A stretch of DNA of 64,000 nt from Calditrichaceae bacterium. Lineage in GTDB: Bacteria > Calditrichota > Calditrichia > Calditrichales > JBFXGD01. A model generated the notes under the pieces. That model was not told the DNA's origin. It saw only the letters and a list, made by a program, of their open reading frames with translations, and searched no databases. The stretch covers positions 222,378 to 286,377 of the forward strand of contig JBFXLE010000002.1 in NCBI GenBank assembly GCA_050173015.1, written 5' to 3'. Below, piece by piece: positions 10,912 through 20,824 of the stretch. Numbering within the stretch: the stretch's first letter is position 1; every line of letters starts with the position of its first letter. The position numbers and the translations under genes are program-made.

Positions 10912-10940
10912 GAAGGAGGCGTAAATGTCTCCTTCTTTCA
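10912..10940 (+). terminator. Hairpin/terminator after trxA
   Basis: GAAGGAGGCG-TAAA-TGTCTCCTTC stem with a short T tail. Confidence 0.6.
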
Positions 10941-10961
10941 GTTTCTATTGAAAATAATTTT

Positions 10962-11558
10962 ATGGCTAACATTGATATATTTAACAGGGTAAGTTTTGTC
11001 AAAAGCATGGTTTCCGATTCTGATAAGCCGGAATTGAATCTTCCGGAAATAGCATTTGTCGGACGGTCAAATGTGGGCAAATCATCTCTGCTTAACGCGG
11101 TATCTAATCAAAAGAATCTGGCAAAAACTTCATCTACACCCGGTAAAACAAGATTAATAAACTATTTTAACGTTAGCGATTTTTTTTATATGGTTGATTT
11201 GCCGGGATATGGATATGCAAAAATTTCGAAAACTGAATATAAAAAATGGCAGGAGATGCTGGAATCTTATCTCAAGGATAATGAAAAGCTGAGATTGGTG
11301 TGTTTATTAATTGATTCCAGGCATGAATTGTTGAAAAACGACCTGCAGATGTCCGAATGGCTTGATTATTTTGAAATTCCATACATCATTATATTGACTA
11401 AAGCAGATAAAATTTCAAAATCAAAACTAGCCGGTCAAATCAGTTCATTCAAAAAAGTATTCACTGAGCATCACATTATTCCTTTTTCAATAAAAACAAA
11501 AAGTTATAGTGATGATTTTCGTGCGCTGTTAGCCGGATTTCTGGAAGAGGGTAAATGA
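10962..11558 (+). CDS. engB: Ribosome biogenesis GTPase YihA/YsxC
   Basis: GRSNVGKSS, TPGKT, DLPGYG, TKADK. Confidence 0.95.
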   Translation: MANIDIFNRVSFVKSMVSDSDKPELNLPEIAFVGRSNVGKSSLLNAVSNQKNLAKTSSTPGKTRLINYFNVSDFFYMVDLPGYGYAKISKTEYKKWQEMLESYLKDNEKLRLVCLLIDSRHELLKNDLQMSEWLDYFEIPYIIILTKADKISKSKLAGQISSFKKVFTEHHIIPFSIKTKSYSDDFRALLAGFLEEGK

Positions 11559-11711
11559 TTATATTCTTGACAAAATAATTGAATATGATTATTTTGAACT
11601 ATCCGATTTCTTGCTTTTTACGATACAGGAAGTTTGTTTCATCCCAAGTCTTACTTTGATATTTGATTCAATTGATCTTTTTGACAATCATCGCGCCATC
11701 AGGGAGGCAAA

Positions 11712-13397
11712 TTGGCCATTCAGCATGAAAATAACAACGATCAAATAGTGAGCTCTCTCAAAATAGATACACCTTTCGCAATTGAAAATGCGAAATTGTG
11801 GAAAAATGAAATAAATCTGATTCGGGATCAACGGTCTCAAATATCGCTCGGTGGCGGAGAGCAGAATATTGAGAAACAACATAAAAAAAATCGTCTTACC
11901 GCGCGGGAACGAATTGATTTATTGATCGACTCCGGATCAACTTTTTATGAACTCGGGCTGTTCGTAGCATTCGGCATGTATGAAGAGTGGGGAGGCGCGC
12001 CAGCGGCCGGGACCATTGCCGGACTTGGATATGTTGAAAACAGACTCACTATGATTATTGCAAATGATGCCACGGTCAAAGCCGGTTCTTTTTTTCCGAT
12101 GACCGCCAAAAAAGTGATCCGCGCGCAAACCATCGCGTATGAGAATCATTTGCCGACCATTTATCTGGTCGATTCAGCGGGAATCTTTTTACCGCTCCAG
12201 GAAGATGTGTTTCCCGATCAGGACGATTTTGGCCGTGTTTTTTATCTCAATGCCCGAATGTCTTCAAAGGGGATTCCCCAAATTACGGCTATTATGGGTA
12301 TGTGTGTTGCCGGAGGAGCCTATTTGCCAGTCATGACGGATAAAATTTTGATGACAGAAGGAAGCGGGTTGTTTTTAGCAGGACCGGCACTGGTAAAAGC
12401 AGCGATCGGTCAGGTTATATCAGCTGAAGAGCTCGGCGGCGCGGCGATGCACTCCGAAACAAGCGGTACAATTGATTTTAAGGAAAAAGATGATCCATCC
12501 GCGATAAAACATATACGCAAGCTGGTCAAGCAGATGGGAAACTTTGATGAATCTTTCGTTAGAAAAGTCGAAAGCCGCCCTGTTAAATACCCTGTAGAAC
12601 AATTACATAAAGCCATGCCACTGGACTCACTGAAAGAATATGAAATACATGAAATAATCGCGAGAATTGTGGATGCCGGCGAATTTGTTGAGTACAGAAA
12701 AGATTATGGAAAAACACTGGTTTGCGGTTATTCACATATCGGAGGTTATCCGGTGGGGATTGTGGCGAATCAGAAAAAACATGTGATGATAAAAGGGAAA
12801 CCACCCCAGTTTGGCGGTGTGATATATACAGAAAGTGCCGAAAAAGCCGCAAGATTTATTATGGACTGCAACCAGAATAAGATTCCATTGCTTTTTATTC
12901 ATGATGTTAATGGATTTATGGTGGGCAGAGACGCAGAATACAGCGGAATTATCAAAGCGGGCGCGAAGATGGTCAATGCCGTTTCGAATTCAATTGTACC
13001 TAAGATTTCGCTTATAATCGGAGGAACCTTCGGAGCTGGCAATTACGCGATGTGCGGAAAAGCCTACTCGCCAAATTTTATTTTTGCCTGGCCTACCGCG
13101 AGATATTCAGTGATGGGAGGCGCCCAGGCTGCAAATACGTTGCTTGATATTAAAGTGAGACAGCTGGAACGGGAAGGCAAGAAATTAAGTGAAGACGATA
13201 AAAGCGAATTGCTTGAATCAATCAAAGCGACATACACTGAGCAGATGGATCCCCGATATGGAGCCGCGCGTCTTTGGATAGATGAAATAATTCTGCCCCG
13301 GGAAACACGTGATTGGTTAATTGTATCACTTGAAGCCGTAAGTAAAAATCCTGAAATTAAAAGTATGCGATTTAATCCCGGGGTCCTGCAGACATGA
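11712..13397 (+). CDS. Acyl-CoA carboxylase carboxyltransferase subunit (methylcrotonyl-CoA carboxylase beta-like)
   Basis: LTARERI, ANDATVKAG, CVAGGAY, GAGNYAMCG. TTG start after GGGAGG. Confidence 0.88.
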   Translation: MAIQHENNNDQIVSSLKIDTPFAIENAKLWKNEINLIRDQRSQISLGGGEQNIEKQHKKNRLTARERIDLLIDSGSTFYELGLFVAFGMYEEWGGAPAAGTIAGLGYVENRLTMIIANDATVKAGSFFPMTAKKVIRAQTIAYENHLPTIYLVDSAGIFLPLQEDVFPDQDDFGRVFYLNARMSSKGIPQITAIMGMCVAGGAYLPVMTDKILMTEGSGLFLAGPALVKAAIGQVISAEELGGAAMHSETSGTIDFKEKDDPSAIKHIRKLVKQMGNFDESFVRKVESRPVKYPVEQLHKAMPLDSLKEYEIHEIIARIVDAGEFVEYRKDYGKTLVCGYSHIGGYPVGIVANQKKHVMIKGKPPQFGGVIYTESAEKAARFIMDCNQNKIPLLFIHDVNGFMVGRDAEYSGIIKAGAKMVNAVSNSIVPKISLIIGGTFGAGNYAMCGKAYSPNFIFAWPTARYSVMGGAQAANTLLDIKVRQLEREGKKLSEDDKSELLESIKATYTEQMDPRYGAARLWIDEIILPRETRDWLIVSLEAVSKNPEIKSMRFNPGVLQT

Positions 13398-14191
13398 TGA
13401 CAAGTGATTCTCACAAGTATTTAAAGTCAACAGTGGAGGATGGCAGGTTAAACATCACCTTAAATCGTCCTGAAAAGCGTAACGCGCTTAATAAAATACT
13501 TGTGGATGAACTAAAAAGCGTTCTAAAATGGTCACTTTCCGTCAAAGATATACGGACCATAATCATCAGGGGGGCGGGGAAAGCATTCTGCAGCGGGGCT
13601 GATTTGGAATATTTAAAGGAATTAAAGGGTTACAGTCGGCAAGAAAATATACAGGATTCTCTTTCTTTGGCTGATTTGTATTATCAAATTTATTCTCATC
13701 CCAAACCTGTGATTGCCGCAGTCGATGGTCCTGCACTCGCCGGTGGCTGCGGACTCGCAAGTGTATGCGATTTTATAATCGCGACAGACAATGCACGCTT
13801 CGGATATCCTGAAGTAAAAATTGGATTTGTGGCCGCGCTTGTATCTGTGTTTTTGATCAGACAAGTGGGGGAGCGCAAAGCCAGGGAATTGTTGTTGACC
13901 GGAAAAATAATTTCAGCAAAAGAAGCTGTTGATATTGGCTTGATCAATAAACTTGTAAGTGTACCTGCTCTCGACAAGAGTATTGACGAATTGGCAGGAG
14001 AGTTAGGAATGAATTCTTCGATGGCTATAAGTACTTCCAAGCAATTATTGTCAGGCTTCACCTTTGGTGATATTGAATCTGAATTAAATAGAACGGCAAA
14101 TATAAACGCTGGATTCCGTGAGACCGAAGACTTCATTGAGGGAATCCAGGCATTCATAGAAAAACGTAAACCAAAGTGGATATTATCTTAA
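13394..14191 (+). CDS. Enoyl-CoA hydratase family, likely methylglutaconyl-CoA hydratase
   Basis: LNRPEKRNAL, FCSGADL, ALAGGCG, PEVKIG; coupled to the carboxylase gene. Confidence 0.85.
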   Translation: MMTSDSHKYLKSTVEDGRLNITLNRPEKRNALNKILVDELKSVLKWSLSVKDIRTIIIRGAGKAFCSGADLEYLKELKGYSRQENIQDSLSLADLYYQIYSHPKPVIAAVDGPALAGGCGLASVCDFIIATDNARFGYPEVKIGFVAALVSVFLIRQVGERKARELLLTGKIISAKEAVDIGLINKLVSVPALDKSIDELAGELGMNSSMAISTSKQLLSGFTFGDIESELNRTANINAGFRETEDFIEGIQAFIEKRKPKWILS

Positions 14192-14206
14192 AAAAGGGGG
14201 AGATGT

Positions 14207-14446
14207 ATGCTTGTTTTGACACGGAGGTTGGGTGAGGCAATCACCATTGGCGATGAAGTACGTATTATTATTGTTGATATTGATGGTAATCAGGTGAAGC
14301 TGGGAATCGAGGCTCCCCGGCAAATTGAAATTTACCGGGAAGAACTCTATGAAAAAGTCAAAGGGATACCTTTTGAGTCTCCGGTTACCAGAAAAGGTGA
14401 CGGATCCGCGATCGGAAGCAAAAATAAATCGTCAAAAAATGATTGA
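14207..14446 (+). CDS. csrA: Carbon storage regulator CsrA
   Basis: [16 protein letters not shown]...VKLGIEAP...IYREE. Confidence 0.95.
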   Translation: MLVLTRRLGEAITIGDEVRIIIVDIDGNQVKLGIEAPRQIEIYREELYEKVKGIPFESPVTRKGDGSAIGSKNKSSKND

Positions 14447-15348
14447 TGTTCCCATCTGATGCGATTTTATTGTCTGTATTGACCGGAATATCTTTCGGAT
14501 TTCAGGTCATACTCATAAAAATTCTTAGTCGAAAATTGCATCAGTTCGGAATACTGCAATATTTATTTTTGTGTACCGGTGTATTTATATTACTGCTCTC
14601 TATTTCCTCACCATGGCAAGAAATTGATATTCAGAGATTTTTACCGTCACTTCTGATCAGTTTTATTATTAATATTATCGCTTTCTCACTGCTGACGAAG
14701 GCGATCATGCTTTCTCCGCTATCTCTCGTGATGCCTTTTGTCGGTCTTACTCCTTTATTTCTCGTACTCACAGCTTACATTATCCTTGGTGAAAGTATCA
14801 CATTGGCGAAGTTTTCCGGTGTTCTTGGAATTGTTGTCGGTAGTTTTATTTTACAACTTCCCCAGGAATGGAAGAAAAAGAATTTATCTTTAAGATTACG
14901 GTTCATTACAGATGAAAAAGGCATAATTTATGTGATTATGGTGGCTTTTTTATGGAGTATTTCAGCGAGCATTGAAAAAATCGCCGTCATTGCAAGCTCA
15001 CCGGAAATGTATGCGACAACCATTCATCTGGCGCTTGGTGTAGCTTATCTATTGATTTACAGACAGATAAGAAAAAAGGAGAGAGCAGGGAGCAGGCGGG
15101 AGATAAACTACGATTACTCATTACTCTTTGTTATTGCATTACTGGTCCTTGTTAGTACTGTGTTGGCCCTGTCTCAGTTGACGGCAATTAAATATGCTTT
15201 TGTCACTTATGTCATCTCGTTCAAACGAGCAGGCATTTTGATAAGCAGTATTATCGGATTTATCTTTTTTAAGGAAAAAAATTACTTTAAAACAATCACA
15301 GGAACACTATTAATCCTGATCGGAGCATTTGTAATCACAGTCGCCTGA
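14443..15348 (+). CDS. EamA/DMT family transporter
   Basis: About 10 TM helices in two repeats; PLSLVMPF...LGE and ISFKR...FFKEK motifs. Confidence 0.85.
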   Translation: MMFPSDAILLSVLTGISFGFQVILIKILSRKLHQFGILQYLFLCTGVFILLLSISSPWQEIDIQRFLPSLLISFIINIIAFSLLTKAIMLSPLSLVMPFVGLTPLFLVLTAYIILGESITLAKFSGVLGIVVGSFILQLPQEWKKKNLSLRLRFITDEKGIIYVIMVAFLWSISASIEKIAVIASSPEMYATTIHLALGVAYLLIYRQIRKKERAGSRREINYDYSLLFVIALLVLVSTVLALSQLTAIKYAFVTYVISFKRAGILISSIIGFIFFKEKNYFKTITGTLLILIGAFVITVA

Positions 15349-15558
15349 TCAATAATATTTGTTTTTATCCTTATCGTCAAAAAACTTATCCACAAATTTT
15401 TCACTTTTTTGCTTAAAATCATCCATAAATTTATTCTTGTATTTTTTATGCATCTTCTGAAACAATTCGAATGCTTTGTCCGCGTCGTCCGGGACAAGGT
15501 CCGGATGACTTCGAAAATAAATTTTTAGATACTCTACAACAACTGAATCTTTATCCAT
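15349..15558 (-). CDS. Small charged hypothetical protein
   Basis: 69-aa ORF with AAGGAG RBS and upstream TTGCCA-17-TAAATT. Confidence 0.65.
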   Translation of the reverse strand: MDKDSVVVEYLKIYFRSHPDLVPDDADKAFELFQKMHKKYKNKFMDDFKQKSEKFVDKFFDDKDKNKYY

Positions 15559-15726
15559 AATTTTCTCCTTTTTTTAATAATTTAAATAAAACAGAGCAAT
15601 CTGGCAAATAAGAATAGAAAGAAAACAGAAGGGGACAAGCGAGTAAAATGGAATTTGCAATACACCATACCCGTCAACAATGGCCCGCATAGAACCTGAA
15701 CCAGAGAATTTTCAAATTAATATGTT

Positions 15727-15754
15727 AGTTTACATAATGTATATTATATAACAT
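15727..15754 (-). other. dif: dif site (XerC/XerD chromosome dimer resolution site)
   Basis: Minus strand reads ATGTTATATAA-TATACA-TTATGTAAACT (11-6-11). The right arm matches the B. subtilis dif XerD arm as I recall it. Intergenic, at the switch in gene orientation. Confidence 0.85.
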
Positions 15755-15892
15755 TAATATAAATACAGTCAATATGCGTGTCCTCTCGGATCCCTTACAT
15801 GGTATGATGGTTTTACTCTTCCTGCCTTTTTACTATGGAGCCGATTCTCTTCATCCCTTTCCGGAATGAATTACTGAAGAAGATCAAGTCAA

Positions 15893-17125
15893 TCATAATA
15901 TAATTTGCGGAAAATAAATAAATTCAAAATAAATATAAAATAATATAACGGTAATAGCTGCTGATGAAATATTAACAGTGTCATTATTGATAAGTTTATA
16001 ACCGGAGGCCAGTTTTGTTTCAGCGTCGCAATGCAACGTCTTTTCGGTGTATTTCCCGCAAATACGACAATGATACTGAGACTGGAGCGTCGCGCCGAGG
16101 AAACTGTCTAAAGTACTCCCTATCAACCCCGAAAACACAAGTGAAAAATATAACATGAATGTGTTATTTGCTATGAATAACGCTCCGGATGATACTACAA
16201 TAAGGCTGCCCAACAAGGCTCCGGTTGTTCCGGCAACGGATATCGCTCCTGAAACTCCGGGCGCGACCTCTCTGAAATTAGTAATTAAACGTGTTTTTCC
16301 ATTAAATAATACGCCTATTTCCGTGGCCCAGGTGTCGGCCGTGGCGACTGCCATTGATACCATATATAACAGGTAAAATGCTTCAGATGGATAAAAATAA
16401 TTTAGAATGATTATAATTCCACCAATGCCTCCGTTCGCTATCACCTGCATCTGGTCTCTGATACCGGTTTTCTCAAAGGTGTCCTCAAACCTGGTCTTGA
16501 TCCCCTTCCCTATCTTACTCAATATGGAAGACAATACAAAAAAAGTTAGAATCGGTGCCGCCCATTTAATACCGCCAAGCCCAAAAATGCAAATGGCCAG
16601 TAAAAATGTCATCAACGCGCCGCTTATGGTAAGAAATTTTGCGTAGTAACTAAATACGATGACGATAAGAGCCAACAGTATTGCAAAAATTGTTTGTATA
16701 ATCAGATTGTTATCCGCTGTCATATAAATACTTAATACAATAGAAATCCCTACCGGAATCCAAACGACATTCTGCTTAATCGGGGACGTTATAACAATGA
16801 CTGACAGTATTAGCGCAACTATAAATAATATCAACCAAAACTTTAGATTTCCTGGAGAAGCAATTAATAAAGACAATGAAATGATTATTACAACAAATGT
16901 TATAATAAATATTAACGATGTATTTGTGATGCTGTTCTGATATAGATATATTTTTTCTCCGAAAGTTTTCATAAAAACGTAGTGTAGAATCATCAGAAGA
17001 ATAGATAAGATTGCGGTTAACCGGAAAAGTTCCGGGTCATCCTTAAGAAAAATTGCTAAAACAGCGAAGGTAAATATAAATAGCAGGATCCGGCTGTATT
17101 TGCCCTGATTAAACTTTCCTGTCAC
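15893..17125 (-). CDS. DUF92 (TMEM19-like) membrane protein with N-terminal extension
   Basis: LTISGA, RDQMQVIANGG, ATADTWATEIG, PGVSGAIS, DSFLGATLQ, NNDTVN. Confidence 0.85.
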   Translation of the reverse strand: MTGKFNQGKYSRILLFIFTFAVLAIFLKDDPELFRLTAILSILLMILHYVFMKTFGEKIYLYQNSITNTSLIFIITFVVIIISLSLLIASPGNLKFWLILFIVALILSVIVITSPIKQNVVWIPVGISIVLSIYMTADNNLIIQTIFAILLALIVIVFSYYAKFLTISGALMTFLLAICIFGLGGIKWAAPILTFFVLSSILSKIGKGIKTRFEDTFEKTGIRDQMQVIANGGIGGIIIILNYFYPSEAFYLLYMVSMAVATADTWATEIGVLFNGKTRLITNFREVAPGVSGAISVAGTTGALLGSLIVVSSGALFIANNTFMLYFSLVFSGLIGSTLDSFLGATLQSQYHCRICGKYTEKTLHCDAETKLASGYKLINNDTVNISSAAITVILFYIYFEFIYFPQIIL

Positions 17126-17164
17126 TTCTAAGTTTTTCTCCCTGAAAATCAGTCCTATCCTGTT

Positions 17165-17210
17165 AAATAAAAAACCCTGATTGTTCTTTATGTACTACAA
17201 TCAGGGTTTT
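17165..17210 (-). terminator. Intrinsic terminator after leuS
   Basis: 14-bp inverted repeat AAAACCCTGATTGT / ACAATCAGGGTTTT with a U tail on the minus strand. Confidence 0.8.
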
Positions 17211-17226
17211 AAGCTATATCTTTTCA

Positions 17227-19698
17227 TTAGCCCGTTACAACAATATTGATAAGTTTTTTGGGCACAACGATCACTTTTTTGATTGTTTTTCCATCAATCC
17301 ATTCAGGAATGCGGCCATGAGTCAGCGCCATTTTTTGCGCTTCATCTCTCGTAAGATCTGCGCTCGCCTGTAAACGTTCCCGAATTTTACCATTAACCTG
17401 AATCACCCAGGAAATTTCGTCAACCTTTAGGAATTCATCTTCAAATTCAGGCCATTTCTGATCAAAAACCGAACTTTTCCCACCTGCTTGTTCCCATAGT
17501 TCTTCCGCGAGATGCGGGGTAAAGGGAGCCAGCAACAGTATAAGATTCGTCTTTGCTTCCTGCAACAATTCCCTGTTATAATTGCCCGAATCCCGGTCCT
17601 GAACATATTTATAAAGTTCGTTGGTTAATTCCATGATCCGGCTTACGGAAGTATTGAAATGGAATCGCTCTGTATCTTGTGTTACGCCCTTAATTGAGTT
17701 ATGCATTACTCTGCGAAGACTTATTTCTGGGGCGTCAAAAATAGTATCGTTTCCGGTTGCTTGAAAAAATGACTCCGCGGTTTCCATAAAACGCCACACG
17801 CGCTTGATGAATCGGTCAATCGCGGTAATTCCCGAATCATCCCAGGGGCCGCCGTCAGTATAGGCGAATCCGAACATAAGGTACATCCGGAATACATCGC
17901 CGCCGTACTTTTCAAGATAGATTTCCGGATTGACAACATTTCCCTTGGATTTTGACATCCGCATACCATCCGGACCTTTTATCACCCCCTGGTGTACAAG
18001 ACTTAAAAATGGCTCGTCAAATGAAAGATACCCCATGTCTCGTAAAGCTTTTGTGATAAAACGGGAATACAGCAGATGCATGGTGGCATGTTCCGCGCCG
18101 CCGACATATTTATCAACAGGCAATACCTTGTTGATGAGCTCCTTATTCCATGGCTCTTTGCTGTTTACCGGATCAGGATATCTTAAATAGTACCAGGATG
18201 AACATACAAATGTATCCATTGTGTCCACTTCCCTTTTTGCGGGTGCCCCGCATTTCGGGCAAGTCGTATTTACAAAAGATTCAGATGTGGAGAGCGGTGA
18301 CTGTCCTTTTGGATTAAAATCGACATCTTCAGGGAGTATAACCGGCAGGTCGCTTTCAGGAACGGGTACTTCTCCGCAGGCATCACAATGGATGATGGGT
18401 ATTGGAGCCCCCCAATATCTCTGTCTGCTTACAAGCCAATCGCGCAGTTTATACTGTATAGTCCACTGAGCTTTTTTGTCAACGCTTAAATCATCACCAA
18501 TCTTTTGAACACAATCGGCGGATGAAAGATTATCATATTTCCCCGAATTAATCATTATTCCATTATCGACAAATGCTTCAATTAGTTCCTCGCGCGAATC
18601 TTTTCCTTCTTCGAGAATCACTTTTCTAATGGGTAAATCATATTTCTTCGCGAATTCAAAATCACGGGTATCATGTCCGGGAACGGCCATTACCGCGCCG
18701 GTTCCGTAAGTGGCAAGCACATAATCAGCTACCCAGACAGGGACTTTTTCGCCATTTACCGGATTTACAGCATAACTGCCTGTAAAGACACCCGTTTTTT
18801 CACGCGTTGTTGCTACCCGATCGATTTCAGTCGTTCTTGATGCCTCCAATTTGTACTCATCGACAGAATGGCGATACTCATTGATGGTTAGTTGATCGAC
18901 AAGTTCATGCTCAGGGGCAAGTACCACATAAGTAACACCGAACAACGTATCGGGCCTTGTGGTGAACACCTTAATCTGCTCACCGGAAGGTCCGTCAACA
19001 CCGAAATTGATCTGTAACCCATAACTCTTGCCAATCCAGTTGTTTTGCATTGCTTTGGTCTTCTCAGGCCAGTCAAGCTCATCCAGTTTCTCGAGTAATT
19101 CATCCGCATAATCGGTAATTTTGAAAAACCACTGGGTTAGATTCCGTTTTTCGACCAGCGTTCCACAGCGTTCGCATGAGCCGTCCACAACCTGTTCATT
19201 TGCCAAAACAGTCTGATCCTTAGGACACCAGTTAACGGGCGCTTTCGAGCGATAAGCCAGACCCTTTTCATATAGTTTCAGAAACAACCACTGAGTCCAT
19301 TTATAATAATCCGGGTGGCTTGTGTTAATTTCATAGTCCCAGTCATACATGGCGCCAATGGCTTTTAACTGTTCGCGGATAAAAGACACATTCTCTTCGG
19401 TGGTAATTTGAGGATGAATACCGGTTTTTACGGCATAATTTTCAGCAGGCAGCCCAAAAGCGTCGAATCCCATCGGTTCAAAGACATTATAGCCCTGCAT
19501 TCTTTTAAATCGAGCCCAGCTATCAGTCGGCCCATAATTAAACCAGTGACCTAAATGCAGCTTGTCCGATGATGGATAACTGAACATAACCAATGAATAA
19601 CATTTTTTGTCCGTTTTGGACAAATCAACTTTATATGTATGGTTGTCCTGCCAATATTTTTTCCACTTTTTTTCTATATTCTTGTAAGGAATCCCCAT
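17227..19698 (-). CDS. leuS: Leucine--tRNA ligase
   Basis: HLGH and RMSKS motifs, FTTRPDT editing domain, [11 protein letters not shown]. Confidence 0.97.
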   Translation of the reverse strand: MGIPYKNIEKKWKKYWQDNHTYKVDLSKTDKKCYSLVMFSYPSSDKLHLGHWFNYGPTDSWARFKRMQGYNVFEPMGFDAFGLPAENYAVKTGIHPQITTEENVSFIREQLKAIGAMYDWDYEINTSHPDYYKWTQWLFLKLYEKGLAYRSKAPVNWCPKDQTVLANEQVVDGSCERCGTLVEKRNLTQWFFKITDYADELLEKLDELDWPEKTKAMQNNWIGKSYGLQINFGVDGPSGEQIKVFTTRPDTLFGVTYVVLAPEHELVDQLTINEYRHSVDEYKLEASRTTEIDRVATTREKTGVFTGSYAVNPVNGEKVPVWVADYVLATYGTGAVMAVPGHDTRDFEFAKKYDLPIRKVILEEGKDSREELIEAFVDNGIMINSGKYDNLSSADCVQKIGDDLSVDKKAQWTIQYKLRDWLVSRQRYWGAPIPIIHCDACGEVPVPESDLPVILPEDVDFNPKGQSPLSTSESFVNTTCPKCGAPAKREVDTMDTFVCSSWYYLRYPDPVNSKEPWNKELINKVLPVDKYVGGAEHATMHLLYSRFITKALRDMGYLSFDEPFLSLVHQGVIKGPDGMRMSKSKGNVVNPEIYLEKYGGDVFRMYLMFGFAYTDGGPWDDSGITAIDRFIKRVWRFMETAESFFQATGNDTIFDAPEISLRRVMHNSIKGVTQDTERFHFNTSVSRIMELTNELYKYVQDRDSGNYNRELLQEAKTNLILLLAPFTPHLAEELWEQAGGKSSVFDQKWPEFEDEFLKVDEISWVIQVNGKIRERLQASADLTRDEAQKMALTHGRIPEWIDGKTIKKVIVVPKKLINIVVTG

Positions 19699-19735
19699 TC
19701 CTCTATCTCCATGTTTTATTTTGAGCGGGAAAAAG

Positions 19736-19812
<77 letters not shown>

Positions 19813-19839
19813 AACGATTAGAATTAAAATGAAGAAGCA

Positions 19840-19868
19840 AATTTAAGTGATATATATAATTAAGTCAA
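19840..19868 (-). promoter_or_regulatory. Putative sigma70 promoter of tRNA-Pro/leuS
   Basis: TTGACT-17 nt-TAAATT on the minus strand. Confidence 0.6.
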
Positions 19869-19915
19869 GTAAAGCTATGGTTATCGACATAATTTCTTGC
19901 TATTTTTCTTACGGA

Positions 19916-20821
19916 TCATTCTTCTCCGAATTTAAGTGAGATGAGAATCCCGGCCGTGAAAGTAATAATCGCCCCAAAACCGTCCATATTTATTTTAAAG
20001 CCTGGATAAATTTGATACAGTGAACCAATTATTAAACCTAAAATGGCATACATGGTCAATGCCGGTGCTTTTTTTAAAGCGATACTCATTAACTTAGAAA
20101 ATCCAAAAATCCCTATTACGACCCCTGCTCCTAAAAATCCGAGTATACTCAATCTGACCGTCATCTCGGGTGTCAATCCGGATTCTACCAAAATGGTAGT
20201 TAAATCATTTAGAGAACTGAGTACTACCCAATATGATCCCAGAAGTATTAAAATAAAAGAGCCGCTTATACCGGGGATGATCATCGCCGAGGCAGCCACA
20301 GCCCCCGAGAATAAATAATAAATATAGTCACTTAAACCATAGGCCGTATAGTCAAAAACAGCATTTTTAGCAACGGTTGGATCATTTTGCTGCAACGCCA
20401 GAATCACGACAAGGATTAACCCTGCCAAAAACACAATTATTCTGCTTAAATTTGGCTTCATATCGTGGTGGGATCTGATGACCACAGGAATGCTTCCAAG
20501 AATAAGTCCCATAAAAAAATAGACCGTCATCATCTCATAGTTTTGATAAGCCCAGCTTAATAAGCGGGCAAACACGACAATGGCAATCCCCGACCCCAAA
20601 AAAAGTATCACCAGGAATTTTATATATCTCCAGCGTTTTTCCCTGTTGGTAAGAAAATTCCCCAGAGATTCCATCAGTTCTTCGTAGATTCCGAATACAA
20701 CCGCGATTGTTCCTCCGCTCACACCGGGTATAATGTTGGCAATTCCCATCGCCACGCCGACAAAAAACAGACGAACATTATGCGCCAGTGAACGGGATTT
20801 TTCTTCCCCGTAGAGATTCAT
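19916..20821 (-). CDS. DUF368 family protein (undecaprenyl-phosphate translocase family)
   Basis: MGIANIIPGVSGGTIA and AMIIPGISGSFIL repeats. Confidence 0.9.
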   Translation of the reverse strand: MNLYGEEKSRSLAHNVRLFFVGVAMGIANIIPGVSGGTIAVVFGIYEELMESLGNFLTNREKRWRYIKFLVILFLGSGIAIVVFARLLSWAYQNYEMMTVYFFMGLILGSIPVVIRSHHDMKPNLSRIIVFLAGLILVVILALQQNDPTVAKNAVFDYTAYGLSDYIYYLFSGAVAASAMIIPGISGSFILILLGSYWVVLSSLNDLTTILVESGLTPEMTVRLSILGFLGAGVVIGIFGFSKLMSIALKKAPALTMYAILGLIIGSLYQIYPGFKINMDGFGAIITFTAGILISLKFGEE

Positions 20822-20824
20822 ATT

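Noticed and set aside
15386-15559. DnaA-box matches (TTATCCACA at 15386, TTATCCATA at 15551) near an AT-rich tract, suggesting oriC
   Set aside because: They lie in a coding region (VDK/MDK codons). Genes converge rather than diverge here, and a dif site is present.
15743-15772. Minus-strand TTGACT-18-TATAAT promoter
   Set aside because: The TATAAT is part of the dif arm and spacer, so it is not independent evidence of a promoter.
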